From positions 1,248,001 through 1,312,000 of the forward strand of contig CBDCWC010000002.1 in assembly GCA_965223295.1 (NCBI GenBank): 64,000 nucleotides of DNA, given 5' to 3'. The notes below the pieces were generated by a model. That model made no database searches. It saw only the letters and a list, made by a program, of their open reading frames with translations, and was not told where the DNA came from. How positions within the stretch are numbered: position 1 is the first letter of the stretch; every line of letters starts with the position of its first letter. Below, one piece after another: positions 18,816 through 29,474 of this stretch. The position numbers and the translations under genes were made by a program. The stretch is from Nitrospirales bacterium (GTDB lineage: Bacteria > Nitrospirota > Nitrospiria > Nitrospirales > UBA8639).

Positions 18816-19610
18816 TTAATTTCGTGAGGCTAACTGTTGATAGGTCTCACGAACTAAAGCTTTGCCATAGATCCGCTCTAACCGCCGGACAATAAAATGC
18901 CCGCGTGCCATATTTTGAAAATGATCCATAAAAAGCAGATTCACTGTCGCTCCACCAGCCGCACCTAACACGGGAATGGCTTGAGCTGCGGCTTTTTCAG
19001 ATACTTGGATGCTATATCGAGAAGCAATTTTGGCAAGGAACCTCACTAAAGCTGGAGCTCCAGTGGTAGCCATTCCATGTTCAGCTAAATACTTGGCCGC
19101 TTCGGTCATGGCTCCAGCTAGCGCAGCTCGCACAGCAAAATAACCCGTGTCCACCCCATCATCGTCTTGCTTGGCACCTCCCAGCGCAAATACTTCCAAA
19201 CAGGCTAATTTTGTATCAGCTTCGGAGAGCGGCTCACCTTCACTTCGGGCAATGTCCGCAATCGACCGAAGCATGATTGTCGTTGAGATAGGTAACTCCA
19301 CTGTCAGTGCCACCAGCCCAAATGCCCCTCCGACCGCTCCGCTCACGGAAGTCAAAAACCGATGTGCACCATCTGCAGATTGACCATGATACCGCTCATC
19401 CAATGTGGAAACAGCTAAGTCTATGGCCTTCGAGAGGGCTTTTTCCGTCGACTGCACAACTTTGTCAGACACGCCTTCAGGCAACATCCCAATTGCTCTC
19501 TCTACTGGGGCCCCAATGAGATTGGTTACTTTCGCAGCAAATGAAGGATTTTCCAGAAAATCAACCGCTCGTGCTAGTTGTTGGTAATCTGTAGAATTAA
19601 GATCATTCAT
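18816..19610 (-). CDS. EcsC family protein
   Basis: GAVGGAFG, ELPISTTIMLRSIADIARSEG and PVLGAAGGA motifs. Confidence 0.8.
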   Translation of the reverse strand: MNDLNSTDYQQLARAVDFLENPSFAAKVTNLIGAPVERAIGMLPEGVSDKVVQSTEKALSKAIDLAVSTLDERYHGQSADGAHRFLTSVSGAVGGAFGLVALTVELPISTTIMLRSIADIARSEGEPLSEADTKLACLEVFALGGAKQDDDGVDTGYFAVRAALAGAMTEAAKYLAEHGMATTGAPALVRFLAKIASRYSIQVSEKAAAQAIPVLGAAGGATVNLLFMDHFQNMARGHFIVRRLERIYGKALVRETYQQLASRN

Positions 19611-19715
19611 AACCTTACATCTCCCATTGCTGTTCTTACTTCATGCCTGTCGCAAAGATTAATTTTCATTTTTTCAAAAATAGTCGAATTAGTTTTTTTC
19701 GGGAATACCCTTTCC

Positions 19716-20849
19716 CTATCTTCTTACAGCAACAGTGGCCAATACCAGCCAATCGTTCCCCATTTTCTTAATCTGAGGATTTTCCAAAGGCCAGGCTTTT
19801 TCGAGCCTACTTGGCGACAACCCACCGATCAACCCTTTCGCATCTTGTCCCCCAAGTAATTGAGGCGCCACATACAATCTTACCTGATTCACCCACCCCT
19901 CTTGAAGGGCTGTGCCATTCAACGTACCACCACCTTCGATCAGCAAAGAAGAAATCCCCTCCTTACCTAATCGAGCCAAGACAGCTCTCAAGGACACTCT
20001 TCTCTTCTTTTGGGGAAGGACCCAAACAAGGACATCTCGGGCACGAAGCGCCAGAATTTTCCTTTTGGAGGCCTGTGCCGTAGTACAAACAATCGTAGGT
20101 TGTTCCCAAACCCACCGCAACACCCTTGATTTTTCTGAAATACGCAAATGGCTATCTAACACCACTCGCACTGGCTGACGACCTTTGCGCCGCTTCGTAT
20201 CATTGGCTATTTCTCTAGCTGATAACTCTGGATCGTCAGCTACCACAGTTTCAATCCCCACCATCACTGCATCAACATGACTGCGAATCTGATGAACATC
20301 TTGTCGGGCACGTTGGCCGGTGATCCATTTCGACCGGCCTGATCCTGTCGCAATTTTGCCATCAAGAGTCATCGCGCCTTTGAGAATCACAAAGGGACGT
20401 CCCGTCGTAATCCAATGCTGATAGATTTCGTTGAGTTGCTGTGCTTCTTCTTCTAATATGCCCACCGTCACAGACAGGCCTGCCTGTTCCAGCAACTGAA
20501 GCCCTTGGCCTTGGACTTGAGGATTAGGATCAGCCATAGCTACACACACCCGTCGCAAGCCAGACTGAATCAACAGGGGCGCACAAGGAGGTGTGCGTTT
20601 GGTCAAATGGCAACAAGGCTCGAGCGTGACATAGAGCGTCCCTCCTCTCGCCCGGGGACCTGCTTGGTGCAACGCTAAAACTTCGGCATGGGGCTGTCCG
20701 GCTTGGCGATGGTAAGCCTCACCAACAATCTTCCCTTTATTGACAATCACAGCGCCAACCATGGGATTAGGATTTGTTTTGCCCTTTCCCCGAACTGCCA
20801 GGGAAAGGGCCCGTTTCATGTATCGTTGATCAGTTTGGACGGAGGTCAC
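19716..20849 (-). CDS. ribD: Riboflavin biosynthesis deaminase/reductase
   Basis: PNPMVGAVIV, HAE, LEPCCH...PPC, TLDGKIAT, IEGGG. Confidence 0.95.
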   Translation of the reverse strand: MTSVQTDQRYMKRALSLAVRGKGKTNPNPMVGAVIVNKGKIVGEAYHRQAGQPHAEVLALHQAGPRARGGTLYVTLEPCCHLTKRTPPCAPLLIQSGLRRVCVAMADPNPQVQGQGLQLLEQAGLSVTVGILEEEAQQLNEIYQHWITTGRPFVILKGAMTLDGKIATGSGRSKWITGQRARQDVHQIRSHVDAVMVGIETVVADDPELSAREIANDTKRRKGRQPVRVVLDSHLRISEKSRVLRWVWEQPTIVCTTAQASKRKILALRARDVLVWVLPQKKRRVSLRAVLARLGKEGISSLLIEGGGTLNGTALQEGWVNQVRLYVAPQLLGGQDAKGLIGGLSPSRLEKAWPLENPQIKKMGNDWLVLATVAVRR

Positions 20850-23800
20850 CGTCGTTTCGAGGAGCTAGATGATTTCTTACGGGACATAACTTTCTTAGAT
20901 AGGGCTTTCTTTCTGTTTGACGTTTTTTTCGCCGGAGTCTTTTTCGCTATGACTTTCTTCGCCACTGCCTTCTTTTTCAACATCTTCTTAGTGGATTTGG
21001 CAGCAGTCATTCGCTTCTTTCTGCCGCCCTTGCTTGACAACGACCGGCTTTCTTCACGTTCAAGCACAGCAACCGCCGCCTGTGCTGCAGCAAGCCGTGC
21101 AATCGGAACACGATAGGGTGAACAGCTCACATAATTGAGCCCCAATTCATGGCAGAACGCGACCGAACTGGGTTCTCCTCCATGCTCCCCGCAAATACCT
21201 AATTTAATGCTGGGGCGCGTCTTGCGACCTTCCTGAATAGCCAACTTCATCAACCTGCCCACTCCGACTTGATCCAATACGGCAAAAGGATCGGCCTCTA
21301 AGATATTGTCGGCTTTATTCTCTATCGTAGCCTTGCACATACGACAGACCATCTTTTTCCAATCCACATTACTGCGCTGACAGAACGGGCATCGATCCTG
21401 CCGGTCCAAATAAAAGCCAATATAAGGGCCGGCATCATCACGAGAAAACCCAAACGTGGTCTGTGTTAAGTCATTTGTTCCAAAAGAAAAGAACTCTGCA
21501 TCTTGGGCAATCTGTTCGGCTGTCACCGCCGCACGCGGGAGTTCAATCATCGTACCGACCAAATAATTTAATTTTACGCTGTATTGGGCCATCGTCCGCT
21601 GAGCCACATCGCGAATCAACTCCTTTTGAGCTTTCATCTCCGAGGCCATGCCCACTAAAGGGATCATAATTTCCGGCACAATCTTTTTGCCTTCCTGTGC
21701 CACTTCACAGGCGGCTTCAAAAATCGCTTGCACCTGCATTCTGGTAATTTCCGGCATCGTAATTCCCAGGCGGCATCCCCGCAGTCCCAGCATCGGATTA
21801 AATTCATGCAGTTCTTCCACCCGAGCAAGAATTTTTTGTTTCTCTTTGATGACAGCCGAATCACCATTCGACAGCTCGAGTTTGGCTAAATCCACCAGCA
21901 ATTGCTCCCGCTTGGGTAAAAATTCGTGCAGAGGCGGATCCAACAAACGGATCGTGACGGGGAATCCCTTCATCTCTCGATAGAGTCCAATGAAATCTCG
22001 CCGCTGAAGTGGGAGTAATTTTTCTAGATAAATTTCACGCTCTTCACGGGAAGAGGCTAAAATCATTTGCTGCATGATTGCGACCCGGTCTTCTGCAAAA
22101 AACATATGCTCGGTTCGGCAGAGCCCAATCCCTTCGGCGCCAAAACCACGTGCAATTTGCGCTTGATCCGGCACATCCGCATTAGACCGAACGCGCAGCA
22201 CACGAAACGCATCAGCCCATTTCAAAATCGTTGAGAAGTAACCATACTTTTCGGATTCTTTCGGATCCATCCGACCTTGAATGACTTGAATCACTTCTGA
22301 ATCTACGACAGGAATATCGCCTGCATAGACTTGTCCCGTAAAACCATTCAACGAGATATATTCACCCTCCGCCAAGACTAAACTGCCAAACTGCACTTTC
22401 CCATCAGGCAACACTTCAACTTCATCACACCCAGCAATACAAACTTTCCCCATCTGCCGGGCCACCACCGCTGCATGTGACGTCATTCCGCCTTTGGCCG
22501 TCAAAAATCCTTCCGCCGCATGCATGCCATGAATGTCGTCCGGACTTGTCTCATGACGCACTAACACCGCACGTTCCCCTTTGGCTTTCAGTTCCACGGC
22601 TCGATCAGGAGTCAGTGCGATTCGGCCAGCTGCCGCCCCTGGTCCCGCAGGAAGCCCCTTCCCAACAGCTTGAAATTTCGCTTCATCTCGACTTTCAAAA
22701 ATAGGATAGAGATACTGGGAGAGTTGTTCAGGTGCGACACGCTTGACGGCTTCGCGCCGATCAATCAGCCCCTGCCGAACCATATCCACAGCAATTCTGA
22801 CAGCCGCAATCCCTGTTCGTTTCCCAACACGGGTTTGCAGCATATACAACGTGCCTTCCTGGATCGTAAATTCCAAATCCAGCATGTCACGGTAATGCTT
22901 TTCCAAGGTCCGTTGCGTCTTGATGAGATCTTTATAAGCACCAGGCAGCGTCTCCTGTAACGACCCGACCGGCAAGGGTGTCCGAATCCCAGCCACCACG
23001 TCTTCCCCCTGAGCATTCAAGAGACATTCACCAAAAAATGTGTCCGTGCCATTGGCGGGATTTCGGGTAAACGCCACCCCCGTTCCACTGGTATCCCCCA
23101 TATTTCCAAACACCATCGATTGCACATTCACTGCCGTGCCCCATTCATCAGGAATATCATAGAGACGCCGATAGGTCACCGCCCGATCACCATACCAGGA
23201 ATCAAACACCGCATTGATGGACATGCGTAATTGTTCAAAAGGATCCTGTGGAAAGTCACTCCCCACTTCGATTTTCACCAATGCCAGATACTGATCGACT
23301 AACTGACGCAAAGATTGTTCATTAAGATCCGTATCATGCTTGGCCCCTTCTGCTTCTTTTAAAGCATCGAGGGCTTGCTCAAACCCTTCACGAGACATGC
23401 CCATTACCACGCTGGCAAACATAGTTATAAACCGCCGGTACGCATCCACCGCAAATCGAGGATTGTTGGTTTTTTTCGCTAGACCTTCAACCGTTTGCTG
23501 ATTGAGCCCCAGATTTAAGACAGTATCCATCATGCCGGGCATGGATGCCCTGGCACCAGAACGGACGGAAACCAGCAACGGGTGCTCAGGGTCACCTAAG
23601 CGGGCTTTCATTGCTTGCTCCACTTTACGAAGACCTTCTAACGCTTGATCCCACATCCCACCTGGGTATCGCTTCTTGGAATGAAAATATTCGACACAGG
23701 CATCTGTTGTGATGGTGAATCCCGGTGGCACCGAAATTTTCAGACTGGTCATTTCCGCCAAACCGGATCCCTTCCCACCTAACAACTCTCTCATCGTCCC

Positions 23801-23854
23801 CGACCCTTCGGCCTTTCCCTTACCGAAGAAATAGACGTATTTTTTCTGCCGCAT
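20846..23854 (-). CDS. ppdK: Pyruvate, phosphate dikinase with a Cys4 insertion and Lys-rich tail
   Basis: SVRSGA, GGMTSHAAVVAR (phospho-His), FSFGTNDLTQ, GICGEH; SD AAGGAG before ATG 23854. Confidence 0.96.
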   Translation of the reverse strand: MRQKKYVYFFGKGKAEGSGTMRELLGGKGSGLAEMTSLKISVPPGFTITTDACVEYFHSKKRYPGGMWDQALEGLRKVEQAMKARLGDPEHPLLVSVRSGARASMPGMMDTVLNLGLNQQTVEGLAKKTNNPRFAVDAYRRFITMFASVVMGMSREGFEQALDALKEAEGAKHDTDLNEQSLRQLVDQYLALVKIEVGSDFPQDPFEQLRMSINAVFDSWYGDRAVTYRRLYDIPDEWGTAVNVQSMVFGNMGDTSGTGVAFTRNPANGTDTFFGECLLNAQGEDVVAGIRTPLPVGSLQETLPGAYKDLIKTQRTLEKHYRDMLDLEFTIQEGTLYMLQTRVGKRTGIAAVRIAVDMVRQGLIDRREAVKRVAPEQLSQYLYPIFESRDEAKFQAVGKGLPAGPGAAAGRIALTPDRAVELKAKGERAVLVRHETSPDDIHGMHAAEGFLTAKGGMTSHAAVVARQMGKVCIAGCDEVEVLPDGKVQFGSLVLAEGEYISLNGFTGQVYAGDIPVVDSEVIQVIQGRMDPKESEKYGYFSTILKWADAFRVLRVRSNADVPDQAQIARGFGAEGIGLCRTEHMFFAEDRVAIMQQMILASSREEREIYLEKLLPLQRRDFIGLYREMKGFPVTIRLLDPPLHEFLPKREQLLVDLAKLELSNGDSAVIKEKQKILARVEELHEFNPMLGLRGCRLGITMPEITRMQVQAIFEAACEVAQEGKKIVPEIMIPLVGMASEMKAQKELIRDVAQRTMAQYSVKLNYLVGTMIELPRAAVTAEQIAQDAEFFSFGTNDLTQTTFGFSRDDAGPYIGFYLDRQDRCPFCQRSNVDWKKMVCRMCKATIENKADNILEADPFAVLDQVGVGRLMKLAIQEGRKTRPSIKLGICGEHGGEPSSVAFCHELGLNYVSCSPYRVPIARLAAAQAAVAVLEREESRSLSSKGGRKKRMTAAKSTKKMLKKKAVAKKVIAKKTPAKKTSNRKKALSKKVMSRKKSSSSSKRR

Positions 23855-24094
23855 AGCGTGACTCTCCTTTACCCGCACAGAACTCGTCGATAGATAAAAT
23901 GAAAAGAATACAGCATCGACCTCCAGAAATGGCTACGACATGACTCTGACAGATGCAACGGCTGCCCTGGACGCACCACGAGACGTGGCCCCAACACCCA
24001 CTGGATGATCCACTGCTTGATAGAAACTTGTATGTATTGAAGAGGAATGAGTACGAAGTGAGGTGGTATCACAGCTGACGTGTAGCCCCGACAC

Positions 24095-24583
24095 TCATGT
24101 CGACTGATGAGAGATAGTTTGGAGATGGACCTGATACTTAGCGATTAACTGACGTTTTATCCACATCCCTAATGCGATCACCACTATGGCAAAAATCATC
24201 AGCGCAATCAACCGATAATTTTCTTTAACTTGCCCAGGGAAGTACAAATTTCCATCCGCATCCATAGCCAAGGCTTTCCCGGGCGCCAAGGAATGCGTTT
24301 GCCCCGAGAGATCAGAAAAGTCTAACCATTCGGAACAGACTTTGACCAGACCATCGGCTCCTGTCACTTTTTCCCATTGCACCCCGACACAATGCCCATT
24401 GGCCGGATCAAACAGCTCCGGTTTGGCTAACGTGGCCTCTAGATCTATTCCACTGACCCATAGCCCTAAGAACAACAGAGCGTTACAGACCAAAATGAGC
24501 ACAACAGTAACCATGAGCGTAAACCGTCGAATCCGCCAAGATTGGTCCGGATTCTCTAAAGATGGCCGTTCCGTACTCATCAC
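24095..24583 (-). CDS. Hypothetical two-TM membrane protein
   Basis: Two hydrophobic helices flanking a loop with two Cys; SD GGAGG. Confidence 0.7.
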   Translation of the reverse strand: MMSTERPSLENPDQSWRIRRFTLMVTVVLILVCNALLFLGLWVSGIDLEATLAKPELFDPANGHCVGVQWEKVTGADGLVKVCSEWLDFSDLSGQTHSLAPGKALAMDADGNLYFPGQVKENYRLIALMIFAIVVIALGMWIKRQLIAKYQVHLQTISHQST

Positions 24584-24637
24584 ATCATGAGTCCTCCGCC
24601 CTCTAGCTTCGACCCAATTTACTTGAACTCTAAAAAC

Positions 24638-26833
24638 TTATGTAGTCTCAGTTCCAGCATATTGGATACAGGAAAAATCAGCAAGCGTGAGAAACAGATG
24701 ATCAATTACTGTTAACAAGGAAAGTCGATTTTCTCGAATCTGTGGCTCAGGGTCGTTGACCAAGACTGCTTCAAAAAACTCATCAATTGGCGACTTCAAT
24801 GCCAGTAACCCACACAAGGCCTCACCATAATGTTGATCTCTTATAGACTCCGACACTTCTTGCTGAGCTATCTTCAATGTTTGGAAAAGGTCTTGTTCAC
24901 ATCGATGCTGGAACAATTCAGGATTCACCGCCATCTGCGTCCATCCTTCTTTTTCGACAATTCGGTGTGCTCGCTTAAATCCAATCATAAGCGTTTCAAA
25001 ATCTGACTGGCTCACAATAGCCTGCAATGCCTGAATTCGGGATAACAGATCCTTTAAATCAGCTGTATGACTAGGTCGAACACGAGTGACGGCTTCCATG
25101 ACATCATCCCGTAATCCCATTGAACTCCGTCCATAAAATTTAAGCCGATCCATGAGAAATCCAATGATTTCCTTTAATGTCTTGGGGTTACCTTGTCCCA
25201 CCCCTTGCTTGGAGAGGATCTGAAGTGTCTGCTCAAACACATCAACGAAATTTAGCTCAAGGGAAGTCTCACTAGCGATTCGAACCAGCCCATACGCCGC
25301 CCTCCGCAATCCCAATGGATCTTCTGACCCGGAAGGAGACATCCCCACCGCAAAAAACGAGACGATCGAATCACATCGGTCCGCGCAGGCCAGAAGCCTG
25401 CCGACAAAACTCGCGGGCAACAGATCATCAGGAAATCGAGGAAGATAATGCTCACCGATAGCCTGGCAGACTTCTTCAGCCTCTCCATTATGCTCCGCAT
25501 ATACTTCTCCCATGACACCCTGCAATGTAGGAAATTCCCCAACCATCCCGGTTGTCAAATCAGCTTTGGACAAAAGCCCAGCGCACTCACAAATTCCCTT
25601 TAAATCTTCTCGGCCAAGCGTCACCGCAAGCCACCCGGCCAAATCCCGCACACGCTCAACTTTTTGACGCATAGTACCCAATTGGTGATGAAACATGATT
25701 CCATCTAACGCTGAGACACGTTGATGAAGTGGGTGCTTGACATCCTCATTAAAAAAATATTGTGCGTCATTGAGGCGAGCAGCAAGCACTCGCTCATTGC
25801 CTTTTCGCATAAGCGCCCTATCACCCCAAGGCATATTGGTTACCGTCATAAACTTCGGCAACAATTCCCCGTCTTGTCCGACGAGAGAAAAGAAGCCTTG
25901 ATGCTCTTTCATGGATGAAATCAACACAGGCTTGGGAAGCCTGAGAAATTCTTTGTTAAATGATCCCAGCAGGGTGAGGGGGTGTTCAACGCTCCAAACC
26001 GCTTCGTCCACTAACTCTTCACGATGACTAGGAGCAATTTTCCCCTTGGCTGATTTGGATAAAGCCGAAGTCTGTTGAATAATGAGGGCACGCCGCTCTG
26101 CCGGATCCACGAGCACACCAAGCTTCTTCATCGCTGCAACATAGGTGGTCGCATTTGGCAATGTGCTTCCCTGCACAACTTTTTTTCCTCTCGTCCGCAA
26201 ATAGCGATGCCCCCACGTCACGCCACTAGATTGAACACCCGCGAATTCGATCTTCAGAACTTGCTGATCTAATAACGCCACCACCCATCGAACCGGACGG
26301 GCAAATTTTGTTTGCAAAACATTCCAACGCATAGCCTTCGGGAAGTGTAATTTGGCTAAATATTCAGGAAGTCTTGCGGTAAGTATCTGCTTAGCAGATT
26401 GGCCCTTTTCATGTCTCTCAACTGCGAGATAGAGTCCCCTGGGTGTCTCTGTGACGGCAAGTTGCTCAACTGACACGCTTTGAGATTTGGCAAATCCCAG
26501 TGCAGCGTTCGTTGGAGACCCCGAAGCATCAAATGCCGCAGATTTTGGCGGCCCAACCACTTGTTGCGTGACAGATCGTTGCCGGGTATGCAAACCATCC
26601 ACGAGTAACGCCAGCCGCCTACAGGTTCCAACCGTGCGGACCTTGTCATAGTCTAACCGGCATTCCGCTAAAAGCTGGCGTCCGACCTCAGCTAAATCTT
26701 CAAGAGCTTGAGGAAAAAACGTAGTCGGAATTTCTTCAGTGCCAATTTCTATTAACAACGACAACGAGGGATCTTTTGTCTTGCGGCGAGCAGTTGCTTG
26801 ACATTTAGTCTGTGATTTTTTTTGAATCGGCAT
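24638..26833 (-). CDS. glyS: Glycine-tRNA ligase beta subunit
   Basis: LLIEIGTEEIP, GNERVLAARLNDA, MVGEFPTLQG, GSEDPLGLRR. Confidence 0.95.
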   Translation of the reverse strand: MPIQKKSQTKCQATARRKTKDPSLSLLIEIGTEEIPTTFFPQALEDLAEVGRQLLAECRLDYDKVRTVGTCRRLALLVDGLHTRQRSVTQQVVGPPKSAAFDASGSPTNAALGFAKSQSVSVEQLAVTETPRGLYLAVERHEKGQSAKQILTARLPEYLAKLHFPKAMRWNVLQTKFARPVRWVVALLDQQVLKIEFAGVQSSGVTWGHRYLRTRGKKVVQGSTLPNATTYVAAMKKLGVLVDPAERRALIIQQTSALSKSAKGKIAPSHREELVDEAVWSVEHPLTLLGSFNKEFLRLPKPVLISSMKEHQGFFSLVGQDGELLPKFMTVTNMPWGDRALMRKGNERVLAARLNDAQYFFNEDVKHPLHQRVSALDGIMFHHQLGTMRQKVERVRDLAGWLAVTLGREDLKGICECAGLLSKADLTTGMVGEFPTLQGVMGEVYAEHNGEAEEVCQAIGEHYLPRFPDDLLPASFVGRLLACADRCDSIVSFFAVGMSPSGSEDPLGLRRAAYGLVRIASETSLELNFVDVFEQTLQILSKQGVGQGNPKTLKEIIGFLMDRLKFYGRSSMGLRDDVMEAVTRVRPSHTADLKDLLSRIQALQAIVSQSDFETLMIGFKRAHRIVEKEGWTQMAVNPELFQHRCEQDLFQTLKIAQQEVSESIRDQHYGEALCGLLALKSPIDEFFEAVLVNDPEPQIRENRLSLLTVIDHLFLTLADFSCIQYAGTETT

Positions 26834-26875
26834 GTCGTAAAAACCTAAGGCCATGCAAAACGACAATCGTCCCGT

Positions 26876-27844
26876 CTATCGTTTTTTTCGAATTCGCGTT
26901 CCTTTTGTGGTTCCTTTTGTGGCTACCTTCTGATGGAGCAAAGGAAATCCCATACGTTCTCGTTGTTCATAATAGGCCTGCGCACATGCTCTGGCTAAAT
27001 TCCGGACACGGCCAATATACCCCGTACGTTGGGCCACGCTGATGGCTCCCCTTGCATCAAGGACATTAAAAAAATGAGAGCATTTCATACAGTAATCATA
27101 GGCCGGGAGCACAAGACCGCGTGGATGTTCCAATAATTGTCGACATTCCTGTTCAAAACGATCGAACGAAGTTGTCAGCAAATCCACATCAGCGGTTTCA
27201 AAATTATAAGTTGACCATTGCACTTCCGACTCATGATACAACTCGCCATATCGCACACCTTCAGTCCATAACAAATCATAGACATTGTCCACTTCCTGCA
27301 AGTACATGGCGATCCGTTCCAGGCCATACGTCAGTTCCACGGTCACGGGATTCATTTCCAAGCTACCAACTTCTTGAAAATAGGTGAATTGAGTAATTTC
27401 CATGCCATCTAGGCGAACTTCCCAACCTAGGCCCCAGGCTCCCAAGGTGGGGGATTCCCAATCATCTTGTAAAAATTGAATATCATGCCGGTACGGATCT
27501 AACCCTAAATAGGCAAGACTCTGTAAATACAAATTCTGAGAATCAGCCGGAGCCGGCTTCAAGACTACTTGATACTGGAAATAATGCTGCAGTCGGTTAG
27601 GATTATCTCCATACCGACCATCAGTAGGACGCCGGCAAGGCTCAATATAGGCTGCGCGCCAGGGCTCCGGCCCAATGGCACGCAGAAACGTGGATGGGTT
27701 AAACGTTCCTGCACCTTTCTCGGTGTCATAGGGCTGCGTCAGGATACAGTTATGGGATTTCCAAAACTGATGGAGGGAGAGAATAATCTCTTGAAAGGTC
27801 ACAACGCTGAGCTTTTGGTCAGAAACCGCCTCAGATATCGGCAA
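26876..27844 (-). CDS. glyQ: Glycine-tRNA ligase alpha subunit
   Basis: [44 protein letters not shown]. Confidence 0.97.
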   Translation of the reverse strand: MPISEAVSDQKLSVVTFQEIILSLHQFWKSHNCILTQPYDTEKGAGTFNPSTFLRAIGPEPWRAAYIEPCRRPTDGRYGDNPNRLQHYFQYQVVLKPAPADSQNLYLQSLAYLGLDPYRHDIQFLQDDWESPTLGAWGLGWEVRLDGMEITQFTYFQEVGSLEMNPVTVELTYGLERIAMYLQEVDNVYDLLWTEGVRYGELYHESEVQWSTYNFETADVDLLTTSFDRFEQECRQLLEHPRGLVLPAYDYCMKCSHFFNVLDARGAISVAQRTGYIGRVRNLARACAQAYYEQRERMGFPLLHQKVATKGTTKGTRIRKKR

Positions 27845-28066
27845 GCGTTCATCTCAATCCTGACAGCATCTCACGAGAAAAAACCCAAGTAGGCAAAGCT
27901 TTTTACCGTAGCAACAACATTTTGACCAGTCAAGAAATGTTCCGTGAATCGTCATGCCATCTTCTCGGGAAAAAATATTGGGACGAAATGGGTTCTAACT
28001 TGTTTTTCATAGGCCCACTCAAGTATATTTGTGCCCGAGTTTATCCACTGAGGAGGGGCGTAACCA

Positions 28067-28378
28067 ATGAAACCATTTGCTCAATTGTTCTTATGGTCCA
28101 GTATCGGTCTTGCCACCCTGACGATGGGGTGTGCAGAAATGAATGGAGGTTCAATGGCCGGGACAGGATCTACCGCGCCGGGTGCTTCGAGTGCCGGAAC
28201 CAGCGTCGTCACGACAGGGCCGAACCGAGTATCCCAGGGCGCACAAGGTGACACCTTAGACGCATGTATGGCTCGTATCCCAGGTGACGCATCGGCCGGC
28301 CAACGCATGATCGCCGAACGAACATGTCAACGGGATAATGAAAACCGCGCCTCCATCCTGGCGGTTCCTGGCCAATAG
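28067..28378 (+). CDS. Small hypothetical lipoprotein
   Basis: Lipobox MGC; C-terminal helical pair with two Cys; SD GAGGAGG; downstream hairpin. Confidence 0.75.
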   Translation: MKPFAQLFLWSSIGLATLTMGCAEMNGGSMAGTGSTAPGASSAGTSVVTTGPNRVSQGAQGDTLDACMARIPGDASAGQRMIAERTCQRDNENRASILAVPGQ

Positions 28379-28397
28379 TCAGCATTTGATTTTTTTA

Positions 28398-28428
28398 GGT
28401 TCGCTGGCCTCTGCCTAGCCAGCGAACC
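28398..28428. terminator. Hairpin terminator
   Basis: GGTTCGCTGGC-9 nt-GCCAGCGAACC. Confidence 0.6.
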
Positions 28429-28526
28429 GTATACCTCTCTTATCGGCAACCCACATTCCTGCTTGTTGGGTGCCGTGTGTTACTATCCTTTCACATTTTG
28501 TATCATCCTTATTTCAGGAGACATTC

Positions 28527-29459
28527 TTGATCAGCAAGAAGATGACTTCATCTATCCTCATTACAGGTATTCAACTCAATGCACATTGTGGAGTCACCGA
28601 TCGTGAACAACGGCATGCCCAGCCGATCATGGTAGACCTGACATTACGATGCCCCAATCAACATGCGTTCCAAAGTGACAAACTAGAAGACACAGTTGAT
28701 TATGCAGCCGTCACGAAATCCGTGAAGGCAGTCAACGAAGGTCGTACGTTCACTCTCTTGGAAGCATTGACTGAACGGATTTGCCAACAACTCTTTCGAG
28801 ACTTTCCTGTCACACACATCAAAATTTGGGTCAGAAAAATTCGTCCGCCCATAAAAAATTTTTCAGGCTCTGTCGGGATCCGGCTACTACGGACACGACA
28901 CGATCATGCACAACTTCCATACGGAGCCCCAGCGCCCTTTCTCACGGCACAACTTTCACGATTGCCTCGAGGCAAGGTCCTAGACGTGGCTACAGGACGG
29001 GGGCGCCATGCTCATTTTCTGGCCACCCGTGGTTTCTCCGTACACGGGGTCGATCGTGACCGTGAAGCCCTCAATTTCATCGAAGCTCAGGCTCCACAAA
29101 CAGAATCCTTCGGTATTACGACCGAATGCTTAGACTTGGAGACCGATAACCAACATCCTCCAGACCTTGGGACATCGACATACGACGTCGTCTTAGTATT
29201 TTTTTACCTCTATCGACCTCTGTTTCCGAAATTGCTCAAAGCCTTAAAGCCTGGTGGTATCATTCTGTACGAAACCTTTCTTCTGGAAAATCATCTTCAG
29301 CGGCAACACCCACGTCGAAAAGAGTTTTGCCTGCAGACAAATGAATTGCTCACTCTCATTCAGGGTTGTCACATACTCCACTATGACGAAGGTGATCATA
29401 AAGAAACAGGCACCACCAAACGGACATTTACCGCACGTCTCGCGGCGCGAAAACTGTAA
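28527..29459 (+). CDS. folB: Dihydroneopterin aldolase fused to a class I SAM methyltransferase (TehB-like)
   Basis: FolB motifs HCGV..E, SD.LEDTVDY, LLE, VRK..PP; then VLDVATGRGR and LKPGG. Start TTG 28527 (SD AGGAG) or ATG 28542. Confidence 0.85.
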   Translation: MISKKMTSSILITGIQLNAHCGVTDREQRHAQPIMVDLTLRCPNQHAFQSDKLEDTVDYAAVTKSVKAVNEGRTFTLLEALTERICQQLFRDFPVTHIKIWVRKIRPPIKNFSGSVGIRLLRTRHDHAQLPYGAPAPFLTAQLSRLPRGKVLDVATGRGRHAHFLATRGFSVHGVDRDREALNFIEAQAPQTESFGITTECLDLETDNQHPPDLGTSTYDVVLVFFYLYRPLFPKLLKALKPGGIILYETFLLENHLQRQHPRRKEFCLQTNELLTLIQGCHILHYDEGDHKETGTTKRTFTARLAARKL

Positions 29460-29474
29460 CTGCCATTCACAACT

